Below, in pieces: positions 27,418-40,204 of a stretch of 64,000 nt of DNA (position 1 is the first letter of the stretch; each line of letters starts with the position of its first letter). Where the stretch lies: assembly GCA_964016885.1 (NCBI GenBank), contig OZ024743.1, positions 212,846,001 to 212,910,000 of the forward strand, given 5' to 3'. Under the pieces are notes generated by a model that made no database searches, was not told the DNA's origin, and saw only the letters and a list, made by a program, of their open reading frames with translations. The DNA comes from Eledone cirrhosa (lineage: Eukaryota). The position numbers were made by a program, and so were the translations under genes.

Positions 27418-27730
27418 CAGCGGTCTCCAACCTTTTTACGCCACGGACCAGTGTCATGGAAGACAATTTCTTCACAGATCAGTGACTCATTAATCCCCTC
27501 TAACAATTGTGCCACAATGTCCTCCGCTATTTCATCAATTCATCTAGTTATGATGCTAGCCGAAAGAGGAACCATGGCTACCTTTTTAACTCTCCTAAAA
27601 CTTCACAGCAAATATCCTTAGCGACAGACAGGATCAACTCTTCACCAATAGTGATAAACTTCTTAGCGGCCCGGTACCAAATGGTTCACGGTCTGGTACC
27701 GGTACGTGGCCCGGAGGTTGGGGACCGCTG
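27418..27730. mobile_element. hAT-Charlie (MER1-like) MITE
   Basis: TIR cagcggtctccaacct / aggttggggaccgctg; perfect 8-bp TSD ctctagca on both sides. Confidence 0.92.
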
Positions 27731-28760
27731 CTCTAGCAGAACCATTCTTAAAAATATTCCTGCTAGCAGGTTGAGTGACAACGTAGGGGCTCCCTCATCG
27801 GCTTAAGTAGTAGTATAGCAAAAGTGACACATCTAACATTACGCTAATCAGTGTATCCCTCGCTCAAAATTCATTTCATATAGTGGAGATGCCTTTAGAA
27901 ACATGTTACAGCATGTCCAATTCTTAAGAAAAGCAATCATTCTGACTCTGCTAACTGTCTGATCACATTAACTTCTAGCATCTCTAGCACAAAGACTGGC
28001 TTTTCTCATCAGAGCCAGGAAATACTCCATACATCAATATTTAGTACTATTCCTATACAAAGCTTAAGTGTGAATTGCATAGGACTACTGCTTCTACATC
28101 TGGCATCGTGCTGCTGCTACATAAACAGATATCTTAAGCTGCATCCAAATATAGACCAACACATTCCAGCCCCTGGGCAACATTTCTTTGTGTTCTATAT
28201 TGTTATTATAGTGGCTCATGCTTATCGGATCTAGCTAACTCTGTGCCAACAGTCCTCGGGAATTCCCGATTCATTTTACATCCGCCTTTCATCACCGACA
28301 TTGTATCTACCCCTGGCCTTACACTAACCATTACGCCCAGCCATGTTTTTCAACAGGAACGTTAAAATAAAGAATCAACTATTGAGGGCGATACTACACT
28401 CTAATCTAAATTGTGGACGTCTTTCGCTTATATTAGAAACATAAAATATGCAATGATACACTACAAGAAATTCAATGAACTGTACACTCCCACCCACCCC
28501 AGTTTGTTTACCTTGGCCCTGTGAAAGGAATTTAATATTTCCAATATTCATCCCTTTATGTTCTGAGTTCGAATCTAACATTCGTTGAATTTTCTTTTCA
28601 TCTTTTAGGGTTTGATAACATTCATTTCAACCAAGTACTGAGGTTGATTTCATTCACTGTTTCTTTCTCCCAAAATGTATGATCTGTTGCCAAAGATGAG
28701 AATAGATATTTCGAATGTTTGACAGCATTTTATAACGACAGAAATGTTTCTCTTTTTCAG

Positions 28761-28889
28761 ACATAGACCAGTTAGTCCTGCCGGAGTTGCATTTGGTCGC
28801 GGAGCGTGTAAAAAAAAAAATCGATGTGCTGTCTCTAGGGGAACATCATGGGGAAGATATGCAGTCATAGCTCACGAAATAGGTCACGT
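28761..28889 (+). CDS. ADAMTS-like exon 6 (HEIGH zinc-binding motif)
   Basis: tttcag|HRPVSPAGVAFGRGACKKKNRCAVSRGTSWGRYAVIAHEIGH(V)|gtaagt. Confidence 0.95.
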
Positions 28890-29307
28890 GTAAGTATATT
28901 AACAGATTTTACGTTGCTATACTTAATTATGTGGAGGCGTGTAGCCTAGTGGTAAATATGTTGGACTAACGATCATAAAGTCATGGGTTCGATTCCTTCA
29001 CTAGGTTATGTTGCTTTGTCGAGCAAAACACTTCCTTTCACGTTGCTCCAGTCTACTCAGCTGAAAATGAATACCAGTAATAGTTGGACTAAGCAAATAA
29101 CATATATACTGGTTATGTTACTCAAGAAAGAAAGCTCAATGAACATTAAGCTCAGAGCATAATTTACATAAATTTAAACAATATACAAAAAGATATATTT
29201 TCCATATATCAAGTTGAGAAACAACTAGTATTTTATACATATATAAAGAATGATAAATAATAACTGTACTCACTTAAAAAAGAATAAAGCTAAAATCGCC
29301 TAAAGTT

Positions 29308-29440
29308 CATTTATATGGCCGTTTCATGAATTCCAGAACACGACGCTTATAATCGATTTTAATGATTGGTATCAATCACCAGTTATCGACTTTGGTAATA
29401 AGCATCATTAAGACCATGGAATACCATTCCTCAGTAAGTG
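29308..29440 (-). ncRNA. Type-I hammerhead with about 100-nt extended stem II (partly degenerate)
   Basis: cactta-CTGAGGA-atggtattcca...tggaattcat-GAAA-cggcca-TA-taaatg. Confidence 0.55.
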
Positions 29441-29690
29441 TTAAGGTCTTGTCTATATACATCTCACTCTGCACACTTATTATAGTATATAACTGCTCCA
29501 AATTTTAAACTTGTGTAATTACCATAGACGGATTCGTTTGATGCTGTCTTTAGCATTTATGACCCGTCCTGTAATATCTGCCCTTTCGTAAGACGTTATT
29601 TTACCAGCATGTGGCGTTTTGCTTGGGTAGGTAACTAGTTAGTGTGCAGAGGGAGATGTATATAGTCAAGTATATATATATATATATATA

Positions 29691-30045
29691 TTTGATTAAA
29701 ACAACAGGAGACCGGACTGGGGATATCCTTTTAAAGTTTTATTCTTGCAAAAAACACTATATATATTTCAATGGCATGCTTAGCATTGACAGGTTTGTTA
29801 TTCAGAGATGGTCTGCCGCAACAATAACACCAGTTTCGCGGGCCATCTCTGTATGAAATATTTTTTCTATTTTCTGCTTGTGTTTGCCGTAATTCATTTT
29901 ATTGATTAAATAATTATGCAATCCGAACCTGACGATGTCGCCAGGACCTTTCGTAACCAGCCCATTAAAATATATATCGTGTTTTTTGCATCAATAAAAC
30001 TTTAAAACGATATTCCCAGTCCGGCCTCCTGTTGTTTTAATCAAA
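29691..30045. repeat. Element with about 52-bp diverged inverted repeats next to (TA)n
   Basis: tttgattaaaacaacaggagaccggactgggg... / ...cccagtccggcctcctgttgttttaatcaaa; contains a CTGACGA remnant near 29929. Confidence 0.75.
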
Positions 30046-30173
30046 TTAATATTTAACTTCGTTCATGCACCAGGATGAGTTGTATAACGTAGAGTGCTTT
30101 TACTTTATTTACATCATTGTTAACTAAACAGAATGACCAGTTCTTCCATTTGTGAACCACAAACATAAATGAA

Positions 30174-30205
<32 letters not shown>

Positions 30206-30279
30206 GTTCAAGGAGACAACAAACAGAAGTTCAAAAAGTCTTATTAGTTTCACGCTTTATATGGAAAAGGGAAAAGAAA

Positions 30280-30315
30280 GTTCGACGTGTCGGGCTTTCG
30301 CCCTTCTTCAGGAGT
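30280..30315 (-). ncRNA. Degenerate minimal hammerhead (GAAA to GACA)
   Basis: actc-CTGAAGA-a gggc gaaa gccc-GACA-cg-TC-gaac; probably inactive. Confidence 0.6.
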
Positions 30316-30595
30316 ACAAAATCAGAGACAGGATCACAAAGGAGAGAAATCAAGGTAGTCCAAGTAAAGAAAGAAATCGTAACAACCTGTGTTGTGTATA
30401 TAATTTGTCACATCTGAACCAAACACTTCTAATACTGTCAAATAACGATATATGTCAACTAACAGTCAGAATGCTAAATTGCTATATGCCGCTCTAATAA
30501 TTCACTAACGTTCTCTTTCCAATTGACTTTTGAAATATTTATATTGAAATCACTTCTGAATAACAAATTATTATTATTATTTTTTTTTATTCTAG

Positions 30596-30721
30596 TTTGG
30601 GGATGCCTCATGATAGCAATACTCCATGTAAGTCATATCCAAGGGAAGATAGAGGACTCATGGGTGGCAAAGGAACCGATTTCAGCGATTGCTCTGTGGA
30701 AAGATTTGAAAAATATATCTC
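30596..30721 (+). CDS. ADAMTS-like exon 7 (third Zn His, Met-turn)
   Basis: tctag|LGMPHDSNTPCKSYPREDRGLMGGKGTDFSDCSVERFEKYI|gt; completes HEIGHVLGMPHD; LM Met-turn; FS.CS motif. Confidence 0.95.
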
Positions 30722-30899
30722 GTAAATAAGAAATTTGATATTTTTTTCTTACTTGCAAGAATTATATAATTACTGTCAGTTCCACCACCCCCGTCATGGT
30801 CATTCGTGTTAAGTAGTGGGTCATTTAAGTCAACTATATTTCCCTAATCAAATTTATTGGTACTGTACCTACTATATAAATCAATTATATACATTTCAG

Positions 30900-30994
30900 T
30901 GGTCCTAGTGGACATTGTCTCTTTGAACAAAATATTGAAGACGATCAGGTCATGAAACAACTTAAAGGACTCGTTCTTAGCGTATTACCAGAAG
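30900..30994 (+). CDS. ADAMTS-like exon 8
   Basis: tttcag|GPSGHCLFEQNIEDDQVMKQLKGLVLSVLPE|gtaagt; CL ends the catalytic domain. Confidence 0.88.
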
Positions 30995-32417
30995 GTAAGT
31001 AAGTTTTATAGATGTAATCAGTTAAAACTCTCATTTCTTTGTCATATTTCAATTTCTCCACCATCAACTAACGCCGCGGGATATTCCTTTAATCAGCTGT
31101 TGACTGGGGATCACTGCAGTTTCGGCTATTTCTAAAAGTATCACTCACCTTAGCCGTGCCGATCAGCCTTTATGCTACCTGAAAATGCTAAGGTATTGGG
31201 ACACACTGTAGACACAACACGCTGGTTGCTCCTGTAACCTTTTTACCCCTGTAACAGCTATTTTGTTATATTTGTGAAATTTCGTTTTTTGTTCTCAATT
31301 TTGATCATTCTGTTACATGTGTCTCCCATATCTATGAAGAGGTGTTTTCTGTTCCCCCACTCTCAGTTCACAAATAATTGCTCTGTTGTTCTTCCTAAAT
31401 CTACACAAGCCAAGTAGGATATAGAGGAGCTAGCTACAAATCCGCCCCGGTAGCCTACTTCTACTAGAAATACCGTATACTACCAACCCCGTGCCTTACA
31501 CGATTCTTTAAAGCTCGTTCTTTCATGTGACCACGCCATATTGCTAATAATCAGGGTTCTTTATCAAGTCAGACCATGCCTTAAAGCTAGGGAGTTGCGC
31601 CGTTATTGCACCTCCCCAGTCTTTAACTCTTTGATTACACTTCTGCCTTGTTCTTCCTCCTCCCCCTTGTGAGAAATAACAAGATGCAACTTTATATTGA
31701 TTCTCATTCCATTGACACAATTGTGTTGTTGATTTAGTACCCCAGCAAGGGCTACCAGAACTTGGTGATGTCGTCAGCCATATTCTGCCAGAAATGACCG
31801 TTATGAGAAGGAACCACAACCTTGTTGGTTCAATTTTCTCTAATATGTTTCACGGAAGTTCCTTTGTTCAGCTGGATCCAATGCTGTCCATGCATATTGG
31901 ACTCCTCACACTACTACTTTCGTCACACCCACTTCCTCTTCGATATGACAAATTTATTTTCTTACAATGTCCCACCTGCCTTTGTTATTCTGGAGGGATA
32001 TCCTTCTGTTCCGAACCTGTCCAAGTTCTGTCAGTGTATTTTCAATCACCCTTTATCACCCCTCTTCTTGATTAAATCAATTCCTGTACTTGTTAAATAC
32101 TTTATTTTATCGTCCCCAGAAAGATGAAGAGCGAAGTTGACCTCGGTGTGATTTGAACTCAGAATTTTGCTATAGTAAGAATGCTTTTGCAGTCTTATCC
32201 TTGGGGTGCAGCCCCAATACCACCGCGCTCTAGCCCTAGCCCCCCCCCCCCCCCCCATCGCATTCTTCTCTGACCCTAGAACCCTTGTCTTTCCTTTTCA
32301 TAACCATAAAGATACTTGTATTTCATAACCATAAAGACATATTCTTTTACATAAAACCTGTAATTTATTACTAATAAATATGTATTTTTCATTTTAAAAT
32401 CTTACTTAAAACTTTAG

Positions 32418-32542
32418 AACAGATATATTTTTGTTTACTTTATTTCATGCCTGGCCTATCAGCGGTCAATGTCACATACCATGAATACTGTGAGAAAAAT
32501 GCGGGTATAGGCTTTCGTTACCGAGAAAGAGAAAACATGGAG
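32418..32542 (+). CDS. ADAMTS-like exon 9 (disintegrin-like start)
   Basis: tttag|EQIYFCLLYFMPGLSAVNVTYHEYCEKNAGIGFRYRERENME|gt; phase 1 acceptor matches the upstream donor; PG...EyC motif. Acceptor position less certain. Confidence 0.72.
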
Positions 32543-33424
32543 GTAAATACATCGACCCAGGACGTGACTGGTACTTTATTTTATCGACCCTGGAAAGATG
32601 AAAGGAAAGTTGACTTGGGCGGGATTTGACCATAGAAAGTAACGGGTAGTAACTAAAGGCTACAAAGTATGTAATTCAATGTTCTGATGATTCTACCAAT
32701 TTTATAGAAAGGCGTTGCATTGATGGGCTGAGTTCGAATATTGTCGATGTTAATTTTTCTTTTTACTCTCCCGAGATCAATTAAATAGCTACCAGTTAAA
32801 TGCTGAGAACAATATGATTTATTGTCCTCCTCCCTGCTTCCAAATGTATTGTGCTGGACCTAAGCTTAGTATCAATTTCATAAGAAAAAAAAAATGAGAT
32901 TGATTATATTCCTTTACGTTCCAAATTCCAATTCTGCCGTGATCAACTTTACCTTTCATTCTTGTGGGATCGATAAATGAAATACTAATGCCAATCTTAA
33001 TCGATTATTTTTTCCCCACAAATCTGAACACTCGTACCCATCGTAGAAACTATATCACTGTTGAGTATGCTTTTCATTCTTCCGATAGCAACACAACCAG
33101 TACCAGTAATATACCGGGGTCGTTTTAATCATTTAGGGCAAGTACCTTTACTATATCTTGGAGTCATCCCAAACCTTGTGAATAAAATTGGGTAGACGGA
33201 AAGTGTTTTGAGGTCCATCGGATGGACTGTGCCCATAATTTAAAGTCCAAACTTATCACATCTTGTGTCTTGCTGAATTGGCTTAGTAATTATGTGAAGG
33301 ATATTCGTTAATTCACGAACTGGTCATTCAGTTGATCCAACAGCTGAACGGTCAGCGTCGAAACCGACGGAAGTACAACGTTTTCGGCATATGATATGAA
33401 ACTCTTTAATTGACCACTACTACA

Positions 33425-33462
<38 letters not shown>

Positions 33463-33484
33463 AACATCATCTTTTCGTTTCCAG

Positions 33485-33598
33485 TATTACTGTCATCGTA
33501 AATTTTTCTGTGTTAACCTGAGAGATGGACCTGGATTTGGTTTGATAAAACAGGAAGATGCAATACGTTTGAACGGAATGTATTGCGCACCGGGAAAG
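33485..33598 (+). CDS. ADAMTS-like exon 10
   Basis: ttccag|YYCHRKFFCVNLRDGPGFGLIKQEDAIRLNGMYCAPGK|gtatg; G..C.pGK motif. Confidence 0.88.
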
Positions 33599-34405
33599 GT
33601 ATGGTGAACATGCGTTTTCTATCTATCTATCTATCGTTGTCGTCGCCAACATTATCCTCCTCATCATCATTTTTTTGATAGTTTCATGGGAATTTCTACT
33701 GCATCACTTGGTGCACCTCCGTGTTCTTGAGGTGTGTGCAGTATTGTGTGTTTATATTTTTGTGCAGGTGGGGAGTATAACCTCCTCCTGTTAGTGTACT
33801 GCATGTATTGAACTTGTTGTTTCTTGTGTTATTTTAGTATTTCCTCTGTGGTGTGTGTAATATGGGTTGTGTTATTTTATTGGATATTGATCTTGTAGAG
33901 TTTAAATTGAGTTGTTTTATTTTATTGGTGGGGATCAGAGGTCATGCTTTGCAGCATAGAGTTACGACCCTTTACGGTCTGAGTTCAAATCCTGCCGAGG
34001 TTAACTTTGCCTTTCATCCTTACAGGGTCGATAAAATAAAGTACCAGTAATGCACTAGGATAATTGCTGGCCTTGTGCCAAATGTAGAAATAATTATTTA
34101 TGCTACTTATATTACGTCTTGATATGGTGTGTCTTAGACACTTTAAATCTGGCGGAGCCCATCCCATCTCCAGTTCTGAACACAGTTGATTTTTTTTCCA
34201 GAGAGAGCGAATTCACCCCAGCATTTGACCGGTACTTTATTTTATCGACCTCGAAAGGATGAAAGGCAAAAGTGACCTTGGCGGGATTTGAACTCAGAGC
34301 GCAGAGAATCGGAACGCATATGGCAAGCAGTCTATCTGACGTCCTGCCAATTCGCCGCCTCTTTGTTTAATATGTATAAAAATGTTTAATCTTCTTTTAT
34401 TTTAG

Positions 34406-34566
34406 GTTTGTTTCAAGAAAAGCTGCTTAACCTACAAAAGGAAGAATTTACAAAAAGAGTGGGTGGTTCGTGCTGGTGGATGGGGAGACTGGAAGGCTTT
34501 TACCAAATGTAGTCGGACTTGTGGTGGTGGAGTTCGGTTTGCTTATCGCGAATGTAACAACCCCAG
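34406..34566 (+). CDS. ADAMTS-like exon 11 (TSP1 repeat)
   Basis: tttag|VCFKKSCL...[30 protein letters not shown]|gt; WxxW and CSRTCGGG. Confidence 0.95.
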
Positions 34567-34586
34567 GTAGGTAGAAACAAGTAGTA

Positions 34587-34755
34587 ATGTGTGTGTGTAT
34601 GTGTGTGTGTGGGGGGGGGGGATAATGTGTGTGTGTACGTGTGTGTATGTGTGCGTGTGTCCGTCGGCAATTATGTGTGTGTGTGTGGGAGTGTATGTGT
34701 CCGTGGGCAGTTATGTATGTGTATGCAGTCATGTGTATGTATTTGAATTTCTCTC

Positions 34756-34789
<34 letters not shown>

Positions 34790-34960
34790 TGTGTTTGCGG
34801 GTAGTAATATGTGTGTGTGCGTGTGTTCGTGGGAGTAATGTGTGTGTGTGCAGTTATGTATGTGTGCGTGTGTCCGTGGGGAGTAATGTGTGTGTACGTG
34901 TGTCCGTGGGCAGTTATGTATGTGTGTGTGTGTCCGTGGGCAGTAATGTGTGTGTGTGGG
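34587..34960. repeat. GT-rich degenerate minisatellite (gtgtccgtgggcagttatgtat units)
   Basis: Visible repeats filling intron 11. Confidence 0.85.
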
Positions 34961-35008
34961 CTGTAATATGTTTCTATATATTTTAGAGATATCTGATGTT
35001 TTTTATAG

Positions 35009-35069
35009 ACCCATCCAATCAGAATATTGTTACGGCAATGAATACGAAGCTGACCTGTGCAATGAACAA
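35009..35069 (+). CDS. ADAMTS-like exon 12 (TSP1 end)
   Basis: tttatag|(R)PIQSEYCYGNEYEADLCNEQ|gt; C.G......CN..PC. Confidence 0.9.
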
Positions 35070-35244
35070 GTAACACCACACCTTTTCTACTCACCTCCTC
35101 TCTTTCATAATCTGATTTTCTCTTAATAAATGTTTTGAATTATTTTCCTTAATTTATTTTATAATTTATATTTTAATTATGCAGTAAATTAATACAGCAG
35201 GGGGAAAAGGGGCCTCTTCCTCCCCAGTAATTATATTTTACTCT

Positions 35245-35322
<78 letters not shown>

Positions 35323-35818
35323 ACACACACACACGCGCATATATAACAAAGAAAGTATGGTAAGAAACCAGGTGGACCATAACGCACCAGAATACTCGAT
35401 ACTTAGGGTAGTAGAGTGAGTAATAGGAAAAGAGTCAGGACCCGACGGCTGAGCTCCGGCCGTTTCAATACATAAGCCACACGTCGGATGTCCCCTTACG
35501 CAAGGGGAAACCCGACGTGTGGCTTATGTATTGACGAACGAATAACTATTCTAAAGAGATTACGCAATAGTGATTGTCTAAACACGAGAAATGAATTTTT
35601 CACGTTGTCCACACGTCGCCAAACACCTATTGCATAACTACAAGGCTCCGGACTGATTCATTGTAATTTTATTTTCAACCTAAAAACTTTTCGGACTTTC
35701 GCAGTCATCTCCCTTACACCTCTCGCACGCAGTCTAGTATTGCCTGTGTGAAGTGACCGGGTTTCTGCGCATGCGCGTTCATACGGTTGTCCTTCCTGTT
35801 CCTATAACCATGCCTATT

Positions 35819-35858
35819 CCGAGCTGAGGATCCGCTAAGGTGAAACAATTGTTCTCGG
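35819..35858 (+). ncRNA. Minimal type-I hammerhead ribozyme
   Basis: ccgag-CTGAGGA-t cc gctaa gg t-GAAA-caattg-TT-ctcgg; palindromic stem III CAATTG, GUU site; lies in a 35341-35957 insert between (CA)n and (TA)n. Confidence 0.8.
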
Positions 35859-35952
35859 TATGGTGAACTAACTGTTGTGTAACCACTTCTACCTAACTCG
35901 TCCCATGGACTGAGTGTTCTACCACTACGGCTATTACATTCCAGTGTTCTAC

Positions 35953-35999
<47 letters not shown>

Positions 36000-36011
<12 letters not shown>

Positions 36012-36998
36012 TGTAGTTCCTGTCTGTTTATTTGTTTGTTTGTTCACGAACTCCTCCTATGGTTTTGGAGATAGACCCCCATAACCATATATATTCTGAA
36101 ACTACATTTCCCAGGGTACTTGGATAAGTATTTTCATTTTAATCAAAGGGTTCCCGGGGCACAAACCGCCGCTGAAAATGTTTTCCCTTCGATTTATATA
36201 AAATTTAAACCATATGTAAATGACAAGATATGATGCCTATTCACATTTCAATAATATTAAGACACACTAATGGGGGTTAAAGCCCCTATAGTGAAAATGT
36301 TGGCCAATAAATGGAACAAGATGTGTTGTAACAAGATTGCATAAGAACTTGATTGAAGCAACCATTATATTCGGCGCTTACAAAGGACAAGCTCTTCTCA
36401 TTCCGAGAATTCCACTTATACCAAGTGATGGCAAGTTGCCTTTTACATTTAAGAGGCTGCAGTTCCCAGTGAGGCCATGTTTTGCCATGAGCATCAATAT
36501 GAGTCATGGTCAAACTTTCAAAACTATTGATATAGATCTGACAAACCCATGTTTTAGTCATGGCATGTTTTATGTGGCTGTTTCAAGGACTGGAACTTCA
36601 AAAAATCTCTACATTTTAGCCAATCAAGAAATGTTGTTTACCCTGAAGTTCTTCATTAGGACAAAGTATGGAATATATTTTCATCTATTTATTATGTTAA
36701 AAAAAAATAATTAAACTTTGAATTTTTAATTTGAAAATAATGCTTTACACAAAAATGAAATGATCAAGTTTTGAATTGATATTTAAAAAAAAATTATTTA
36801 GAAGAAACAAAATAAGAATAGGATTTAATAATGTAATTTTGATTTGATATATTACAAATAATAATGTTTTCCAATTTTTCATGCATTACATTTTACATTC
36901 AGTAATATTGAAATGCAGAGTTTTTCTCCATAAATTATATCACTGATTTAAAATCAATCATCATTTTCTGACAAAAAAAAAAGAAATGTGTGAAACGC
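36000..36998 (+). mobile_element. Internally deleted Helitron with Pif1-like helicase C-terminal fragment
   Basis: ORF 36337-36714: IPRIPL...LPFTFKRLQFPVRPCFAMSIN.S.GQT....IDL..PCFSHG..YVAVSR (RepHel helicase motifs V/VI); tatataaa + (gttt)n 5' region. Confidence 0.9.
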
Positions 36999-36999
36999 T

Positions 37000-37029
<30 letters not shown>

Positions 37030-37036
<7 letters not shown>

Positions 37037-37126
37037 CAGAAAAAAGAGAATCAGTGTTGCGACGAAAGGAACTTATTGGACATATTCCTTTCGTCGCAAC
37101 ACTGATTCTCTTTTTTCTGTGATATA
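37030..37126. repeat. About 42-bp-stem hairpin abutting (TA)n
   Basis: gcagaaaaaagagaatcagtgttgcgacgaaaggaa-13 nt-ttcctttcgtcgcaacactgattctcttttttctgt. Confidence 0.9.
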
Positions 37127-37299
37127 ATACTCTTCCCTACGAGGGCATCGAGTGCTCACACGGCCTACCGCATATAGACGCTTTAAGCATCCAACACCAA
37201 CTATATATATATATATATGTGTGTGTGTGTGAATGTATGCATGTCTAAATAAAAAGGCGAGATGGGCATGGTTGGAATGTCTTATATCATATATATATA

Positions 37300-37410
37300 C
37301 TAGCCGAATTACTCGCGCCTTGATGCGTTTCACACATTTCTTTTTTGTAAGAAAATGATGATTGATTTTAAATCAGTGATATAATTTATGGAGAAAAACT
37401 CTGCATTTGA
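37300..37410 (-). mobile_element. Helitron 3' end, same family, opposite orientation
   Basis: 37325-37408 is the reverse complement of 36912-36998 and continues on the minus strand to ...gcgcgagtaattcggCTAG|T. Confidence 0.7.
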
Positions 37411-37853
37411 TTAACATTGAAATAGCACTAAAACAAACCGCTTTAAGGCCTTGCTCAACAGCCGAAAATAAACTGATTTTAATTATTTAAATCTCTTGAT
37501 TAGCGGAGAAACAACTGCCAAACTGTCGTACGAGCGTTTGTAGCATTCTCATTACAGTTAAGTTACTGTTAATATATTTAACATGGAGCAGTAATAAGCA
37601 AATTTCAAATAATTTTGGTGAATAAAATCAATAACAGCCATTAGCAGATGCCATTTAAATTATGTCAATACGGGAAACAACCCCAGGAATGTTCGATCTT
37701 ATGACATCATCAGTAACCCATAAACTTTACCATATTTGTTTAAGTCGTAAAATAATAGATTTATTTAGAGAATAAATAAACTAGAGATCCCATAAGAGGG
37801 AATTAAATTAATTAATTTGGTTTTAGTATGTTTAATATTTTTTATTCCAACAG

Positions 37854-37989
37854 CCATGTCCCAGTGACCCAATCACTTATAATGCTATAAGGAAGGCCAG
37901 AGCAGTTGAAACTTGTAAGCGATTGTTCTATGATGGATCACTTAATCATTCTGTATACAAACCAACTGGAAGGCCCTTTGGTGGTAGAA
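37854..37989 (+). CDS. ADAMTS-like exon 13 (Cys-rich domain start)
   Basis: caacag|PCPSDPITYNAIRKARAVETCKRLFYDGSLNHSVYKPTGRPFGGR|gtatgt. Confidence 0.85.
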
Positions 37990-38189
37990 GTATGTATTTT
38001 CTGTTCACAAACCTTCTTACTTTCTAAATGAACAAACCAATCTCAACAAAACATAGCTGAATGTTAACCATCGCAGGAACTATCAACCTCATATTTTTTT
38101 TAATTACATTAATTTTTCATTGCTGTATACTACAATCGATTTCAGATACGAATGCCCTAGGATTTGTGTTCGGATAAATGGTGCTTAAT

Positions 38190-39135
38190 CAAAACCATTC
38201 AATGTGGGAGTCTGACTCCGCTAAGAGTGCGTACTGTTACATGTCCTGTTCATAATCTTCATGAATTGGATAGGCATGCGCAACTGGGCTGGAAGTGGGA
38301 TCGCGACTTGCGGGTGTAGGATTAGTCGGTTAGAATTTGCAGACGATATGGTATTACTTAACCCACCAGACGGTGATCCCCGATTTGCACTTGGTAGGTT
38401 TGATGCCGAGTGCTGCATGGCAGGAATTAAAATCAGTGCTGCGAAAACTGAGACACTCGTCCTCTCAAGGAAACCTGCGCAATGTATTCTACATGTAAAT
38501 GGAGTTCCACTGGAGAAGTTCAAGTATTTCGGAGCCGTGTTCACAAGTGATAGAAGGTAGGAGGCTGAATTAAGTGTAGTACCGGCTGGAGCTGGTGCAG
38601 TAATGTTCCAGCTTGAATATTCGGTAATCAGAAGAAGGGAGGTAGGTGATAAATTCAAACTCACTATCTTCAATTTGGTATTCATGCCAACCCTTACCTA
38701 TGGTCATGAATCTTTGGTAATGACCGAAAGAATACGATCACGAATACAAACGGCCGAATGAGGTTCCTTAGAAGGGTATTTGGAGTAACGTTACTTGATA
38801 GAGTGCGTAGCTCGGAGATCAGAGTGTCACTCCAGGTAGAGCCGTTACTTTTCCGAATTGAGAGATAACAGCTCCGATATTGCGGGCATGTGGTTAGAAT
38901 GTCTTAAGAAAGAATCGCTGGACAGATTTTACGGGCAATCCCAACCGGTAGGAGACCCAGGAGTTGATTCTTGGCAAGATGGTTGGATAACATCGATGAT
39001 CTCGGTTGGACTTGCTTTGAGGAACCAGCCGGATCAATTAGAGGTGGTTGCTTCTGACAGGCCCCACCAGAAGAAGTGTTTGAAGACTCTGCAGCCATGA
39101 GCCTCTCAGGAATAAGTGGACGAAAAAGAAGTTTT
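38190..39135 (+). mobile_element. RTE-clade LINE, 5'-truncated, degenerate
   Basis: RT motif LEFADD, GIKISAAKTE, FKYFG, then LTYGHES..MTERIR, GH..R, GRP; stops and frameshifts. Boundaries approximate. Confidence 0.88.
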
Positions 39136-40137
39136 CATATGCACTACGTACATGTCTAACTTGTTTACGTATCTGTTTGTCTATCCATTTCTCGTTATTT
39201 ATACATATGTGTGTATTGGAAAATATCAAAAACATTTCTGTATCTATATAAGGAAGGTAAGTAAAAAAAAAAATGCCGTTAATTTTTCCCCAGCTCTATT
39301 ACAAACAGGCAGCTTAGGTCAGGGCAAGCAATGGATAGACTATGTTTCACTGAAATGTTGTATTAAGACGAAATATAACAAGGGTTGCTATCGTAGTTGC
39401 GTCAAAATTAAAACCCAAAGCACATCGCATTCCCCCCATACAATTTCTTTTAATAATTTAGATTTAAGAGTTGTCGCTCTTACTTTGCTTGGAGGAAATT
39501 GGTAATAAAATCTACGAAAGAATGGTAATTAGCTAAACATTGTTAGGCTCTTGCATCAAATATGTAAGCCCACACTTAACTATATGTTCTGTACGCTGAG
39601 TGCTTATCTGGTAATTTTCCCCAATGAAAAAAAGGTAAGGACTGAAACACTTGCATGAGGTGGGAGGGGATTGGAGGATGCTTAACCTTTGATGACCTTC
39701 TGCTGTCTAGCACTTCCGAGAATGTATTACTACTATCTTCTGTATGCAGAATGCTTCCTGGTAATTTTCTCCAATCATCGTTTTAATTTGTTTAATCAAT
39801 GAATGTTTTTCCTTCAAAATTTCTATTAACTCAGTCTGATTAAGTCTTTGTAAATTCTGGTTAAACTATGCTTCATTGAAATGACGTAATAAAATTGAAA
39901 TATGTCGAGATTTGGCAGTGCCCTTCCCAAATATCTGGCCCTTTACCCACTGCATACCTCCCTCGACCTCTTAATTAACTTGAATATCGGACTTGTATGT
40001 CTTGCTTTTTTTTTTAGAGTAATTCATAATTAAAGTTAATCATTTGAATGATTAATAATTACGAGCCTAATTATAATTAACTAAAGAGCATGGTGTTTTA
40101 CTATATTATTTTAGCTGTCACTTGTGGATAATACAAA

Positions 40138-40202
<65 letters not shown>

Positions 40203-40204
<2 letters not shown>

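Noticed and set aside
28933-29000. tRNA gene
   Set aside because: A/B-box head continues into a SINE core; no full cloverleaf.
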